Counted from the first letter of the stretch, positions 18,879-27,784 are shown. The stretch: 32,000 nucleotides of DNA from Patescibacteria group bacterium (GCA_030549845.1 JAUQQN010000001.1:240001-272000), one strand, 5' to 3'. Notes: generated from the letters alone by a model not told the origin. Translations and numbers: made by a program.

Positions 18879-20114
18879 AAATAAAACCAAAACTCCTCCT
18901 AAAAGTAATGACAAAACTAACCCTATAAAAAGAATCTTAGCATTTATATTTATCAAGCTGCTTTTTAAAGAAGTCGTTGGGAAATTTATGACTTCTTCTT
19001 TGCTTTTGTTTGTATTTTGAAGGACTTGCCTATTATAAAATAAGAAATCTTCCTTTTCTTTATTATCTTCCAATAAGAAAATATTAGGCTTTCCTGGAGT
19101 AGGAATGGTCCAATCCCATCTACCATTTTCATCTCTTGCAAAACTGCGGTTTTCTTTTGCTTTTCCTTCATATTTTATATAAAAAATTTCTTTCCCATTT
19201 TCATCCAATAAAGAAATCTCTTCTCCTTTATTTCTTATGCTAAAATTAAATTCTTTTTTTGAAAGCACTTTGTATTCCTTAGGAGCTATTACTCCAGATA
19301 ATTTTATTTTTTTACTTCCAACTTTTAAAGTAACTTTTTCTAGATTAATAAAATCATCGCTTGGATTAAAAATTTCTATAAATTCTTCTTCGTCTTTTCC
19401 TTCGAGATCTGGTAAAAATTCATTTATTATTAAGTAAATTGGTTTTTCTTTTATTTCTTGATTTCCTTTATTTACATCTTCGTTTAAAACTTCTTTTTTA
19501 TTTAATTCAACTTCTTTTATTTCATTCTCTTTTAAGTATTGCGGGTTATTTTCAGTTTGTTTTTTATCTTCTTTGGTTCTCGACTCATTTAAATTAAGTC
19601 CTTGAACTTCAGGCTCTGGATAAATTCCAGGAGTTCCTTTTTCTATCCTCCCTTCTTTTATATTTCCATTTTCATTTATTAAAGAAAAACCATTACCATT
19701 TCCACCCATTGAAGAGTTATAGTAAAATTCTGCTAGTACATTTTTATTTTCATCCAAAATTTTTATTGTACCTTCTTTGTTATTTAAAGATATAGCTGTC
19801 TCAAATATTTTTATGCTTGGATCCAAATTGTATTCTGATTTAAAAATATTTTTGTCTTTAACAAATAAAAAAATTTCTCCTTTTCTTATAATGGTATTTT
19901 CTCCTTTTAAGATTCTGTAATTTTTACCATCAAATATTCTCCATCCTCTTTTCCCTGTTTTAATTTCTATATCTGAATCTAAGTTTATAACCTCTATCCA
20001 TTCTTTATTCTTATCACTTCCTTTTGGATTGTACATAACTTCTGTAATAGAGATTTTAGCTAAAGATACTAAGGGAAAAATAAAAACACAATAAATAATA
20101 AATAATCTCTTCAT
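18870..20114 (-). CDS. surface protein with two lamin-tail (LTD) domains, a signal peptide and a C-terminal membrane anchor
   Basis: ISITEVMYNPKGSDKNKEWIEVINL and LIINEFLPDLEGKDEEEFIEIFNP fit the LTD signature. The N-terminus is hydrophobic and the C-terminus is ILFIGLVLSLLLGGVLVLFL. Confidence 0.65.
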   Translation of the reverse strand: MKRLFIIYCVFIFPLVSLAKISITEVMYNPKGSDKNKEWIEVINLDSDIEIKTGKRGWRIFDGKNYRILKGENTIIRKGEIFLFVKDKNIFKSEYNLDPSIKIFETAISLNNKEGTIKILDENKNVLAEFYYNSSMGGNGNGFSLINENGNIKEGRIEKGTPGIYPEPEVQGLNLNESRTKEDKKQTENNPQYLKENEIKEVELNKKEVLNEDVNKGNQEIKEKPIYLIINEFLPDLEGKDEEEFIEIFNPSDDFINLEKVTLKVGSKKIKLSGVIAPKEYKVLSKKEFNFSIRNKGEEISLLDENGKEIFYIKYEGKAKENRSFARDENGRWDWTIPTPGKPNIFLLEDNKEKEDFLFYNRQVLQNTNKSKEEVINFPTTSLKSSLININAKILFIGLVLSLLLGGVLVLFLK

Positions 20115-20153
20115 TGTTTTTTAAATTATAAACAACTTTATTAAATAAATACC

Positions 20154-20510
20154 TTATTTGGAGTATATAGGTTTGAGTTTCTTTTTGATCTTTTTATCTG
20201 AAATCTCTCTAATAAAGTATAATTTTGCTCTTCTTGTTTTAGTTTTTCCTAATATTTCAATTTTTTTAATCACAGGAGAGTGGTACAGATAAGTCTTTTC
20301 CAAATATTGACCAGCTGCTTTACCTCTTACTGTAAAGGTTTTATTCAATCTATTTCTATTTTTAACAGAAATTATAATACCTTCAAATGGAGAAACTATT
20401 TCCTTATCTCCTTCTTTAAAAATTTGCCAAACTTTTACAATCATTCCTGGTTCAATTTCTGGTAAATCTTTTCTTTTGAATTTTTCTTCTATTTTTTTTA
20501 TAACATCCAT
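20154..20510 (-). CDS. rplS: 50S ribosomal protein L19
   Basis: Starting at MDVIKKIEEKF..., the protein aligns with L19 through PGMIVKVWQ..., FEGIIISVKNR..., FTVRG... and YHSPVIKKIEIL. The track ORF's first 45 codons are read-through of two tRNA genes. Confidence 0.9.
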   Translation of the reverse strand: MDVIKKIEEKFKRKDLPEIEPGMIVKVWQIFKEGDKEIVSPFEGIIISVKNRNRLNKTFTVRGKAAGQYLEKTYLYHSPVIKKIEILGKTKTRRAKLYFIREISDKKIKKKLKPIYSK

Positions 20511-20512
20511 TG

Positions 20513-20585
20513 TGCCCCGGGAGGGATTCGAACCCCCGACCTCCTGCTTAAAAGGCAGTTGCTCTACCAGCTGAGCTACCGGGGC
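20513..20585 (-). tRNA. tRNA-Lys (anticodon UUU), no encoded CCA
   Basis: Reverse complement is GCCCCGGTAGCTCAGCTGGTAGAGCAACTGCCTTTTAAGCAGGAGGTCGGGGGTTCGAATCCCTCCCGGGGCA. Confidence 0.9.
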
Positions 20586-20587
20586 GT

Positions 20588-20659
20588 TGGACCGGGTGGG
20601 AATCGAACCCACAACCTCCGGTGTGCAAAACCGGTGTTCTGCCATTGAACTACCGGCCC
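20588..20659 (-). tRNA. tRNA-Ala (anticodon UGC), G3:U70 present, no encoded CCA
   Basis: Reverse complement is GGGCCGGTAGTTCAATGGCAGAACACCGGTTTTGCACACCGGAGGTTGTGGGTTCGATTCCCACCCGGTCCA. Confidence 0.9.
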
Positions 20660-20683
20660 ATTTATTAATATTTCATTATCAAT

Positions 20684-21967
20684 TTAGATTATATCAAAAT
20701 TTACATACTTAGTTAAGACCTCAGGAATTTTTATATGGCCATCTTTTGTTTGAAAATTTTCCATGATTGCTATTAATGTTCTTCCTATGGCAAAAGCAGT
20801 GCCATTCAAAATATGCACGTATTCAATTTTATTTTTTCTTTTAACCCTAATATTTAATCTTCGTGCTTGAAAATCTGTAGTATTTGAACAAGAATGTGTT
20901 TCTCTGTATCTATTTTCACTTGGAATCCAAGCTTCAATATCAAACTTTTCTGCAGCAGGAGGGCCTAAGTCGCCTGTACAAATATGAATAACTCTATAAG
21001 GTATCTTAAGTTTTTTCATTAAATACTCTTCTACACTTAGTAAAAATTTATGTTCTTCTACTGATTTTTCAGGTAAAGTAAAGGATACCATCTCTAGTTT
21101 ATCAAACTGATGTACTCTTAAAATTCCTCTTACATCTTTTCCATAACTACCAGCTTCTCTTCTAAAACATGTAGAAAACCCTATAAATCTAATAGGCAGC
21201 TCTTTTTCTTCTAAAATTTCATCCTTAAAATATGGTACAATAGAATGCTCTGCTGTTCCTACTAAGACCAAATTGTCTTCTGGAATTTTAAAAACTTCAA
21301 TATCTCCATCATCTATATATCCTAAGCCCCACATTATTTCTGGTTTAATCATTACAGGAGGGACTATAGGAATAAATGTTTTTAGCTCTATATTTAACTT
21401 ATTTTCTTCTATTATGTTTTTAATGGTTTCCGGGTTTGTTAATTCATCAAAAACGAATTTTACAATAGCAAATTCCAAAATTGCTAGCTTATTTTTAAGA
21501 TAACCAAATCTTGACCCTGATATTTTACTAGCTCTTTTTACATCTATAAGATCTAACTCTTCAGCTAAAGTCAAATAATCTTTCAATGAAAAATCAAATT
21601 TTGGTTTTTCGCCCTCTTCTTTTATAACAACATTATCTTCTTCGCTTTCTCCTATTGGCACCCAATCAAAAGGAGGATTTGGTATTTTCCTAGAAATTTC
21701 AAAAATTTCTTTTTCTAATTTTTCTATCTCTTCATCTAAAAACTTAATTTCTTTTTTCAGCTCTCTTAATTTAATTTTTTCTTTATCAGTCAAATTTTTA
21801 GTTGATTTAATTTTTAATTGATGTTTTAAATCGTCTCTTTTTCTTATCAACTTATTTTGCTTTTTTTTCTTTTCTATCAACTCGTCAATATTAACTTCAA
21901 TATTTTTCTTTTTACAGGCTTCTTTAAAATATTTGGGGTTTTTTAAAAGCTCTTTTAAATCTATCAT
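20684..21967 (-). CDS. serS: seryl-tRNA synthetase
   Basis: N-terminal coiled-coil arm and class II motifs FRREAGSYGKDVRGILRVHQF and GTAFAIGRTLIAIMEN. The start was chosen at MIDLKELLKNPKYF (21967). Confidence 0.9.
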   Translation of the reverse strand: MIDLKELLKNPKYFKEACKKKNIEVNIDELIEKKKKQNKLIRKRDDLKHQLKIKSTKNLTDKEKIKLRELKKEIKFLDEEIEKLEKEIFEISRKIPNPPFDWVPIGESEEDNVVIKEEGEKPKFDFSLKDYLTLAEELDLIDVKRASKISGSRFGYLKNKLAILEFAIVKFVFDELTNPETIKNIIEENKLNIELKTFIPIVPPVMIKPEIMWGLGYIDDGDIEVFKIPEDNLVLVGTAEHSIVPYFKDEILEEKELPIRFIGFSTCFRREAGSYGKDVRGILRVHQFDKLEMVSFTLPEKSVEEHKFLLSVEEYLMKKLKIPYRVIHICTGDLGPPAAEKFDIEAWIPSENRYRETHSCSNTTDFQARRLNIRVKRKNKIEYVHILNGTAFAIGRTLIAIMENFQTKDGHIKIPEVLTKYVNFDII

Positions 21968-21982
21968 TTTTATAATTATAAG

Positions 21983-22651
21983 ATGCAAAAGACAAAACTT
22001 CAAAAATTTTCTTTTAAAAATATACTTCTTATAACATTCTTATTGATCTTAATTTCTTTCTTTACTTTCTTAATATTCAGTCTTGATTTTGAAATAATAG
22101 AAAATAGCAAAATAATTGCCAAAGAGAATTTAATTTTATTTCTTCTAACTAAAAATATAGTAGCCAAAAATTTATTTGAACAAGAAGCTGACTTAATTAA
22201 GATAAATTATAAATTTGATTTTAGAAATTTCAAAATCTATGTAGAAAAAATCAAAGAAGAGCCTGTTGCTTTAATATGTTATAAAGATGATTGTTATTTT
22301 TTAGGAAAGCATTCTTACATATATAAAAAAAGAAATAGTTCCTATAAAAATCTTCTTCCAATAAAAAGTTACTATCCTATATATGAAAACTCTTATTTAA
22401 AACCGGAGTTAACTAATGCTTTGGTTTTTTTATTTGAATATTCAAACTTAAAATTACTGATTTTAAAAGAAATTAAAATACTTTCAAATTTTGATTTACT
22501 TGTCAAAACTAAAGATTTTTCTTTCCTCTTAGATCCTCATAAAAATGTAAAAAATCAATTAAATAAACTTTCTTTCTTTATAGAAAACTACAAAGACACA
22601 AATTATTCCTTAATAGATTTAAGAATAAACCACAAAATTTTCTTTAAGTAA
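21983..22651 (+). CDS. hypothetical membrane-anchored protein
   Basis: 222 aa with one N-terminal transmembrane helix (ILLITFLLILISFFTFLIF). It diverges from serS with only 15 bp between the two start codons. Confidence 0.45.
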   Translation: MQKTKLQKFSFKNILLITFLLILISFFTFLIFSLDFEIIENSKIIAKENLILFLLTKNIVAKNLFEQEADLIKINYKFDFRNFKIYVEKIKEEPVALICYKDDCYFLGKHSYIYKKRNSSYKNLLPIKSYYPIYENSYLKPELTNALVFLFEYSNLKLLILKEIKILSNFDLLVKTKDFSFLLDPHKNVKNQLNKLSFFIENYKDTNYSLIDLRINHKIFFK

Positions 22652-22662
22652 TATACTTGTTT

Positions 22663-22830
22663 TTATTTAGGAAGGCAATTTTTGTGATATACAGGCCTTT
22701 TAAGATTTCCATTTTCATCTCTATATGGTTCAAAGGGTAATTCTTCTATTTCCCCTCCACATTTTGCACATAACCATTTTTCTCCGGATTTAGGCCTATA
22801 CATCCGCCGTCCTCCTTTTTTTGGCCTCAT
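22663..22830 (-). CDS. small basic CxxC...HxxC zinc-ribbon-like protein (55 aa)
   Basis: Not in the ORF track because it is under 60 aa. GGGAG lies 3 nt upstream of the ATG at 22830. Translation is MRPKKGGRRMYRPKSGEKWLCAKCGGEIEELPFEPYRDENGNLKRPVYHKNCLPK. Confidence 0.5.
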   Translation of the reverse strand: MRPKKGGRRMYRPKSGEKWLCAKCGGEIEELPFEPYRDENGNLKRPVYHKNCLPK

Positions 22831-22923
22831 AAACTCCCAAATTTTTTAATAACCGACGAAAACCAATTATACCACTAATTTTTAAAAATCCAAATCCTAA
22901 AATATGCAAAGGAGGGTTAGAAG

Positions 22924-23742
22924 TTAAATTAATTTTTCTCTTAAAAAAACTATAATTTTATCTACTAGATCAGGGAAGATCTCAAACAAATCTGTACCGT
23001 GCGCATCTGAATCTAAGGTTATCAAAGTAGAAGAGGGGGTTACATTTTTAAATAAATCTAAAGAGCTTGCGCTTTGGAGATCTTTAATACCAGTAATAAC
23101 CAAAATTTTGGAATCCATCTCTTTTTTTAAAAAATCTTCTATTTTAATACCTCTATAGTTCAGCCCAGGTGAAATTAAAACTACTGCTTTTATTTCTGAA
23201 TTTAAAGAAAGAAATTGAAGTGCTATATTAGCTCCTATGCTTGCTCCTATTAAAAATTGATTTTCGATGGGGAATCCTCTTTTTTTTAAATATTCACTAG
23301 CTGCTTTTACATCATAGATATATTCTTGGTGTTCTTTATCTGTAAAATTCTTATAATTTAAAACTCCCTTTACGGAATTTATACTTTCTCCATGGCCTCT
23401 GAAATCTATAGCTAAAACAGAGTAACCTGCATCCTGTAATCTTTTTGCCAATTCACTATAGCTTTCTTTTATTGCTGGCATCATATGAAGTAAAATTCCA
23501 GCATATTTACTTTCTTTTGCTTGATAAAAATGACCTATTATTTTTACTCCGTCTTCTGTTTGAAATTCTACTTTCTCGAAATTATTTACTTTTTTTAAAG
23601 CCTCCTCTTTAGTTGTTTTCTCTTCTTTAATTTTTGCTTCTTTTAGTGAGGTTGATAAATATTTATTAAAAAAAATCAATATCACACCTAAAATCACTAC
23701 TACAGAAATTATTAAAAGAACCAAAATATTTATTCTAACCAT
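22924..23742 (-). CDS. membrane-anchored alpha/beta hydrolase
   Basis: 272 aa with an N-terminal transmembrane helix, DFRGHGES, and the nucleophile elbow GASIGAN (GxSxG). Confidence 0.75.
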   Translation of the reverse strand: MVRINILVLLIISVVVILGVILIFFNKYLSTSLKEAKIKEEKTTKEEALKKVNNFEKVEFQTEDGVKIIGHFYQAKESKYAGILLHMMPAIKESYSELAKRLQDAGYSVLAIDFRGHGESINSVKGVLNYKNFTDKEHQEYIYDVKAASEYLKKRGFPIENQFLIGASIGANIALQFLSLNSEIKAVVLISPGLNYRGIKIEDFLKKEMDSKILVITGIKDLQSASSLDLFKNVTPSSTLITLDSDAHGTDLFEIFPDLVDKIIVFLREKLI

Positions 23743-23749
23743 AAATTTG

Positions 23750-23824
23750 CGGGGGCGACGGGATTTGAACCCGCGACCTCAGCCTTGACAGGGCTGCGCG
23801 CTAACCAGGCTGCGCCACGCCCCC
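23750..23824 (-). tRNA. tRNA-Asp (anticodon GUC), no encoded CCA
   Basis: Reverse complement is GGGGGCGTGGCGCAGCCTGGTTAGCGCGCAGCCCTGTCAAGGCTGAGGTCGCGGGTTCAAATCCCGTCGCCCCCG. Confidence 0.9.
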
Positions 23825-23980
23825 ATTTTGTTTTTCAAGTTTTTTGTATTACTTATTAATTATAAACGAAATTTCATTGTATCTTTTAATAACATCAAAT
23901 TTTGATATAATATTTATTAAGAAATAATTCAAACTAAATTAGCAATTTGATGAAGCTTAACAAAAATATAAACTACATAC

Positions 23981-24051
23981 CGCGGGGTGGTGGAGTAGTA
24001 CCACGCGGGTCTCATAAGCCCGAGGCGCCGGTGCAATTCCGGCCCCCGCAA
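23981..24051 (+). tRNA. initiator-type tRNA-Met (CAU) with non-canonical D- and T-loops; possibly a tRNA-like element
   Basis: Sequence is CGCGGGG-TG-GTGG-AGTAGTA-CCAC-G-CGGGT-CTCATAA-GCCCG-AGGC-GCCGG-TGCAATT-CCGGC-CCCCGCA-A. It has the C1xA72 mismatch and GGG/CCC in the anticodon stem. The T-loop reads TGC rather than TTC and the D-loop has no GG. Confidence 0.7.
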
Positions 24052-25743
24052 CACACAAAATCATTTACTTTTATAGAAGTTTTATCTTCAATTTTCATTT
24101 TAGGAATTTTAATTAGTGTTTTAATAATTGTTTTAAAGCCATCGACTATATTTGCTTATTTAAGAGATAAAAAAAGATTACATGATTTAAATTTGTTGGA
24201 ATTTTCCATTAAATCAGCTTATTTGGAAAACCCTGAATTATTTTTATCTCTTGCTACTAATACTATTTATATTTCCTTACCCGACGAATCACCATTCTGC
24301 AGTAAATGGCTATCTAAATTACCGCCTTTACCTTCTGGGTGGTATTATAAATGTTCAAATGATCCTACAAATATAACCTCTGGTTGGTTGCCTTTAAATT
24401 TGAGTAAAATAGGGCTTTTTAGCTTAAAAAAGCTACCGATAGACCCAATTAATAATGAAAATTTTTATTATAGTTTTGTAATTTCTAATAATGGCTTTGA
24501 GATTACATCGAGGCTTGAGAAGGAAATAGGATCGGATTCCATAGCTGGAAATGATGATGGAGATAATTTATATTTTTATGAAGTGGGGACAGACAAAAAA
24601 GCCATGCCCCAAATGGCCCAAAGGGATCCTTATTTAGTACTTTATTGGAGTTTTGATGAAGGTAGCGGTTTTTATGCATACGACTATTCAGGAAATCAAC
24701 AAACAGGGGTCCTTCGCAATTTTAGAGAAGTAATTTCTGATATGGAATCATTAAGTAATTGGTATGAACCAAATTATTATATTACTTTAGATTCTATAAA
24801 TAAAATAAGTGGAAATTTTTCATTAAAATTAGATTTAGAAAATAACCAACCCCTGCCAAATACTACTTATACAATTTCTTATATTCCGCCTTCTCCTATC
24901 GATTTTTCTAATGCATACGATGTAGCTTATTACCTAAATTACAACACTTCTACCAATTATATATCTTCTGCTCGGTTAATTATTTATGATCAAAACAATA
25001 ATTATAGATATTGGAATATAGGAGTTAATAGGTATTGGCGTTTGTACTCATATTCTTTGTCTTATTATTCAGGACAAACCCCAATTCCTCCAAATCTTTC
25101 TTCTATTGCAAAAATAGAATTTCAATTCAAAACAGGAAGTAGTGTTGGTCCTTTTTATATTAATTTAGATTTATTAGCTTTTACCAAAGATACAAGTCCT
25201 AGATGGGTTGATGGTCGCGTTGGAAAAGCTATTGAATTTGACGGGATTGATGACTACGTTTATTTTTACACAACTTCATCTATATTTATGCAATTCAACA
25301 ATTCTAACACATCAATGACTAGCTGTTTTTGGTTAAAAAGGTATAGAACATTAATATGGGAAATACCCCTAAGAAGAGACCCTAATGAATTTTGGTGGGT
25401 TTCTATTTCTAGTAGTAATAACTGGATATATTTTTATACGGCTGGTAGTACTGCAATTAGAACTGATCTTCCTAATGTATTAGATAGAATAAATATATGG
25501 TACCATTTATGTGTTGTTTATGATGTAAACCAATCTGATGGTTATAGATCTAAAATTTATTTAAATGGCCAATTAGTAGCAAGAGGTAATCCAGTACGTG
25601 CTTCTGGGGGTACTTATTCTAGTTTTTCTATAGGCGCAAGGACTGATGGAGCGCTTGCGTTTAAAGGAGTTATAGATGAAGTAAAAATTTACAATAAAGC
25701 GTTAACTTCCGATGAAATTTTGCACCTATATCAAAGTTATTAA
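24031..25743 (+). CDS. type IV pilin-like protein with C-terminal LamG/concanavalin-like domain; start codon uncertain
   Basis: Prepilin-type motif KS-FTFIEVLSSIFILGILISVLIIVL. The C-terminus reads GKAIEFDGIDDYVYF...IYLNGQLV...FKGVIDEVKIYNKALTSDEI (Laminin_G_3-like). The only in-frame canonical start close upstream of the motif is GTG 24031, which lies inside the tRNA gene. Confidence 0.6.
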   Translation: MQFRPPQHTKSFTFIEVLSSIFILGILISVLIIVLKPSTIFAYLRDKKRLHDLNLLEFSIKSAYLENPELFLSLATNTIYISLPDESPFCSKWLSKLPPLPSGWYYKCSNDPTNITSGWLPLNLSKIGLFSLKKLPIDPINNENFYYSFVISNNGFEITSRLEKEIGSDSIAGNDDGDNLYFYEVGTDKKAMPQMAQRDPYLVLYWSFDEGSGFYAYDYSGNQQTGVLRNFREVISDMESLSNWYEPNYYITLDSINKISGNFSLKLDLENNQPLPNTTYTISYIPPSPIDFSNAYDVAYYLNYNTSTNYISSARLIIYDQNNNYRYWNIGVNRYWRLYSYSLSYYSGQTPIPPNLSSIAKIEFQFKTGSSVGPFYINLDLLAFTKDTSPRWVDGRVGKAIEFDGIDDYVYFYTTSSIFMQFNNSNTSMTSCFWLKRYRTLIWEIPLRRDPNEFWWVSISSSNNWIYFYTAGSTAIRTDLPNVLDRINIWYHLCVVYDVNQSDGYRSKIYLNGQLVARGNPVRASGGTYSSFSIGARTDGALAFKGVIDEVKIYNKALTSDEILHLYQSY

Positions 25744-26564
25744 TCTTGAAACTTTGCTAATTTTAGGAAGTTTTTAAAAATCATAGCAGTTAAAATTGGG
25801 CCTGTTCCATTTGGAGTAGGTGTGATTAAGAAAGCTTTATTTTTGAGTTTATCAAAATCTATATCTCCATAAATTTTTCCACTTTCGATTTTATATCCAA
25901 AATCTATAAGAATAGCATTTTTTTTACATTCATTTACAAAATTAGGAATACCTTCCCCGCTTACAATAATGTCTGAGATTTTAAAAAACTTTTCCTTGTT
26001 TTTAGTGGTTTTTCTTACAATAATAACAGTCGATCCTTCTGTTGCAAAATAGTGAACTAAGGGCTTCCCGATTAGTTTAGAATATCCTACAACAGAAACA
26101 ATTTTGTTTTTAAAATCTAAAGAAAATTTTGCTTTTAAAAAATCAACGGTTTCTACAGCCGGTGGTCTTATGATGTATGAATCTGTAAAAAATTTACCTA
26201 AGTTTTTAGAAGATAGGCAGTCTACATCTTTTTCAGGTGGTATTGAATTTAAAAAATATTGGGTTTTAAATTTGCTTGGCAAAGGAAGTTGTACTATAGC
26301 TCCATGAACTAAATCTGATTTTACTATTTGATTGATATATTTTCTCAAATTTTTCCTACTTATACTTTCATCAACTTCGTAAATTCTAAAATCTATTTCT
26401 AGTTCTTTAGCAAATTTTTCTTTTATTTTTAAAAATTTAACTTTTTCTTCTGATTTACCGATTAAGAATCCTACCAATCTCAATTTTCCTAATTTATCTC
26501 TTTCTTTTCTTAAATCTTCTATGATTTCTTTTGCTAGTTCTTTTCCATTGATTATTATAGCCAT
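25740..26564 (-). CDS. folD: bifunctional methylenetetrahydrofolate dehydrogenase/cyclohydrolase
   Basis: 274 aa. The N-terminus MAIIINGKELAKEI, LPLP and GxSxxxGxP-like VVGYSKLIGKPL match the FolD family pattern. Confidence 0.8.
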   Translation of the reverse strand: MAIIINGKELAKEIIEDLRKERDKLGKLRLVGFLIGKSEEKVKFLKIKEKFAKELEIDFRIYEVDESISRKNLRKYINQIVKSDLVHGAIVQLPLPSKFKTQYFLNSIPPEKDVDCLSSKNLGKFFTDSYIIRPPAVETVDFLKAKFSLDFKNKIVSVVGYSKLIGKPLVHYFATEGSTVIIVRKTTKNKEKFFKISDIIVSGEGIPNFVNECKKNAILIDFGYKIESGKIYGDIDFDKLKNKAFLITPTPNGTGPILTAMIFKNFLKLAKFQD

Positions 26565-27781
26565 TTTTTATAGGGCAATGGAAACTTACATAAAAACCTA
26601 ATTACCTCTTCTTTAATCTTTTTTGGATCTTTTTGGTCGATTAATAATTCTTTTATAAACTTAGCTATTTTTAACATTTCTTTTTCTTTCATTCCTCTTG
26701 ATGTAACTGCAGGCGTACCTAATCTTAAACCAGTTGGGTTAAAGGGAGAAGTATCTCCTGGTAATGTGTTTCTATTAGCTAAAATATTTGCAGACTCTAA
26801 AATTTCTTCTGCTATTTTACCATTTAGCCCTAAAGGCTTAAGATCTATCACCATTAAATGATTGTCTGTTCCATTTGTCCATAAAGTAAATCCTAAATTC
26901 ATTAATTCTTTAGATAATACTTTAGCATTTTTTAAGATTTGTTGTTGATATTTTATAAACTTACTTGTCAATGCTTCTTCAAACATTACACCTATTCCAG
27001 CAATTATATTATTGTGTGGTCCTCCTTGTAATCCTGGAAATACTGATTTGTTTATCTTTTCTTCTAAATGTTTTCTCATAAAAATAAGCGCTCCCCTAGG
27101 ACCTCTTAATGTTTTATGAGTTGTAGTTGTGACTACATCTGAATAAGAAAATGGTGTTGGATGAAGGTTTGCTAAAATTAAACCAGCTATGTGAGAAATA
27201 TCTGCTAAATGATAAGCCCCTACTTTCTTTGCAATTTGACCAAATTTTTTAAAATCTATCTTTCTTGGATAAGATGTTAAGCCTGAAACAATCAATTTGG
27301 GTTTAAATTTTTTTGCCAATTTGTAAATTTCATCATAATCTAAAAGACCTGTCTTAGGATTAACAGAATATTGTCTAACTTTGAATAACTTTCCACTATA
27401 ATTAACAAAATGTCCATGAGTTAAGTGACCGCCACTTGTTAAACTAAATCCTAAAAGTTTATCACCAGGACTCATTAATGCTAAATAAACAGCTAGGTTT
27501 GCAGGTGAACCTGAATAAGGTTGAATATTCACAGACCAGTTTTTTTGATTTAACCTAAAGGCCTTTAATGCCAAATTTTGAACATACATTTCTATTTTGT
27601 CGTAGATCTCATTTCCAGGGTAATACCTTTTACCAGGATAACCTTCTGAGTACTTATTAGTTAAAGGGCTACCAATCGCATCTAGAACTTTTTGAGATAC
27701 ATAATTTTCAGAAGGAATGAGATTTATAGAATTTTGTTGCCTTACTACTTCTTTTTTTATTAATTTATCGATTTTTTTCAT
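26555..27781 (-). CDS. glyA: serine hydroxymethyltransferase
   Basis: 408 aa. Contains NKYSEGYPGKRYY and the PLP-lysine motif TTTTHKTLRGPRG. Confidence 0.9.
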   Translation of the reverse strand: MKKIDKLIKKEVVRQQNSINLIPSENYVSQKVLDAIGSPLTNKYSEGYPGKRYYPGNEIYDKIEMYVQNLALKAFRLNQKNWSVNIQPYSGSPANLAVYLALMSPGDKLLGFSLTSGGHLTHGHFVNYSGKLFKVRQYSVNPKTGLLDYDEIYKLAKKFKPKLIVSGLTSYPRKIDFKKFGQIAKKVGAYHLADISHIAGLILANLHPTPFSYSDVVTTTTHKTLRGPRGALIFMRKHLEEKINKSVFPGLQGGPHNNIIAGIGVMFEEALTSKFIKYQQQILKNAKVLSKELMNLGFTLWTNGTDNHLMVIDLKPLGLNGKIAEEILESANILANRNTLPGDTSPFNPTGLRLGTPAVTSRGMKEKEMLKIAKFIKELLIDQKDPKKIKEEVIRFLCKFPLPYKKWL

Positions 27782-27784
27782 ATC

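Noticed and set aside
20511-20645. 45-codon N-terminal extension of the rplS ORF.
   Set aside because: The extension is read-through of the tRNA-Lys and tRNA-Ala genes. L19 homology begins at MDVIKK (ATG 20510).
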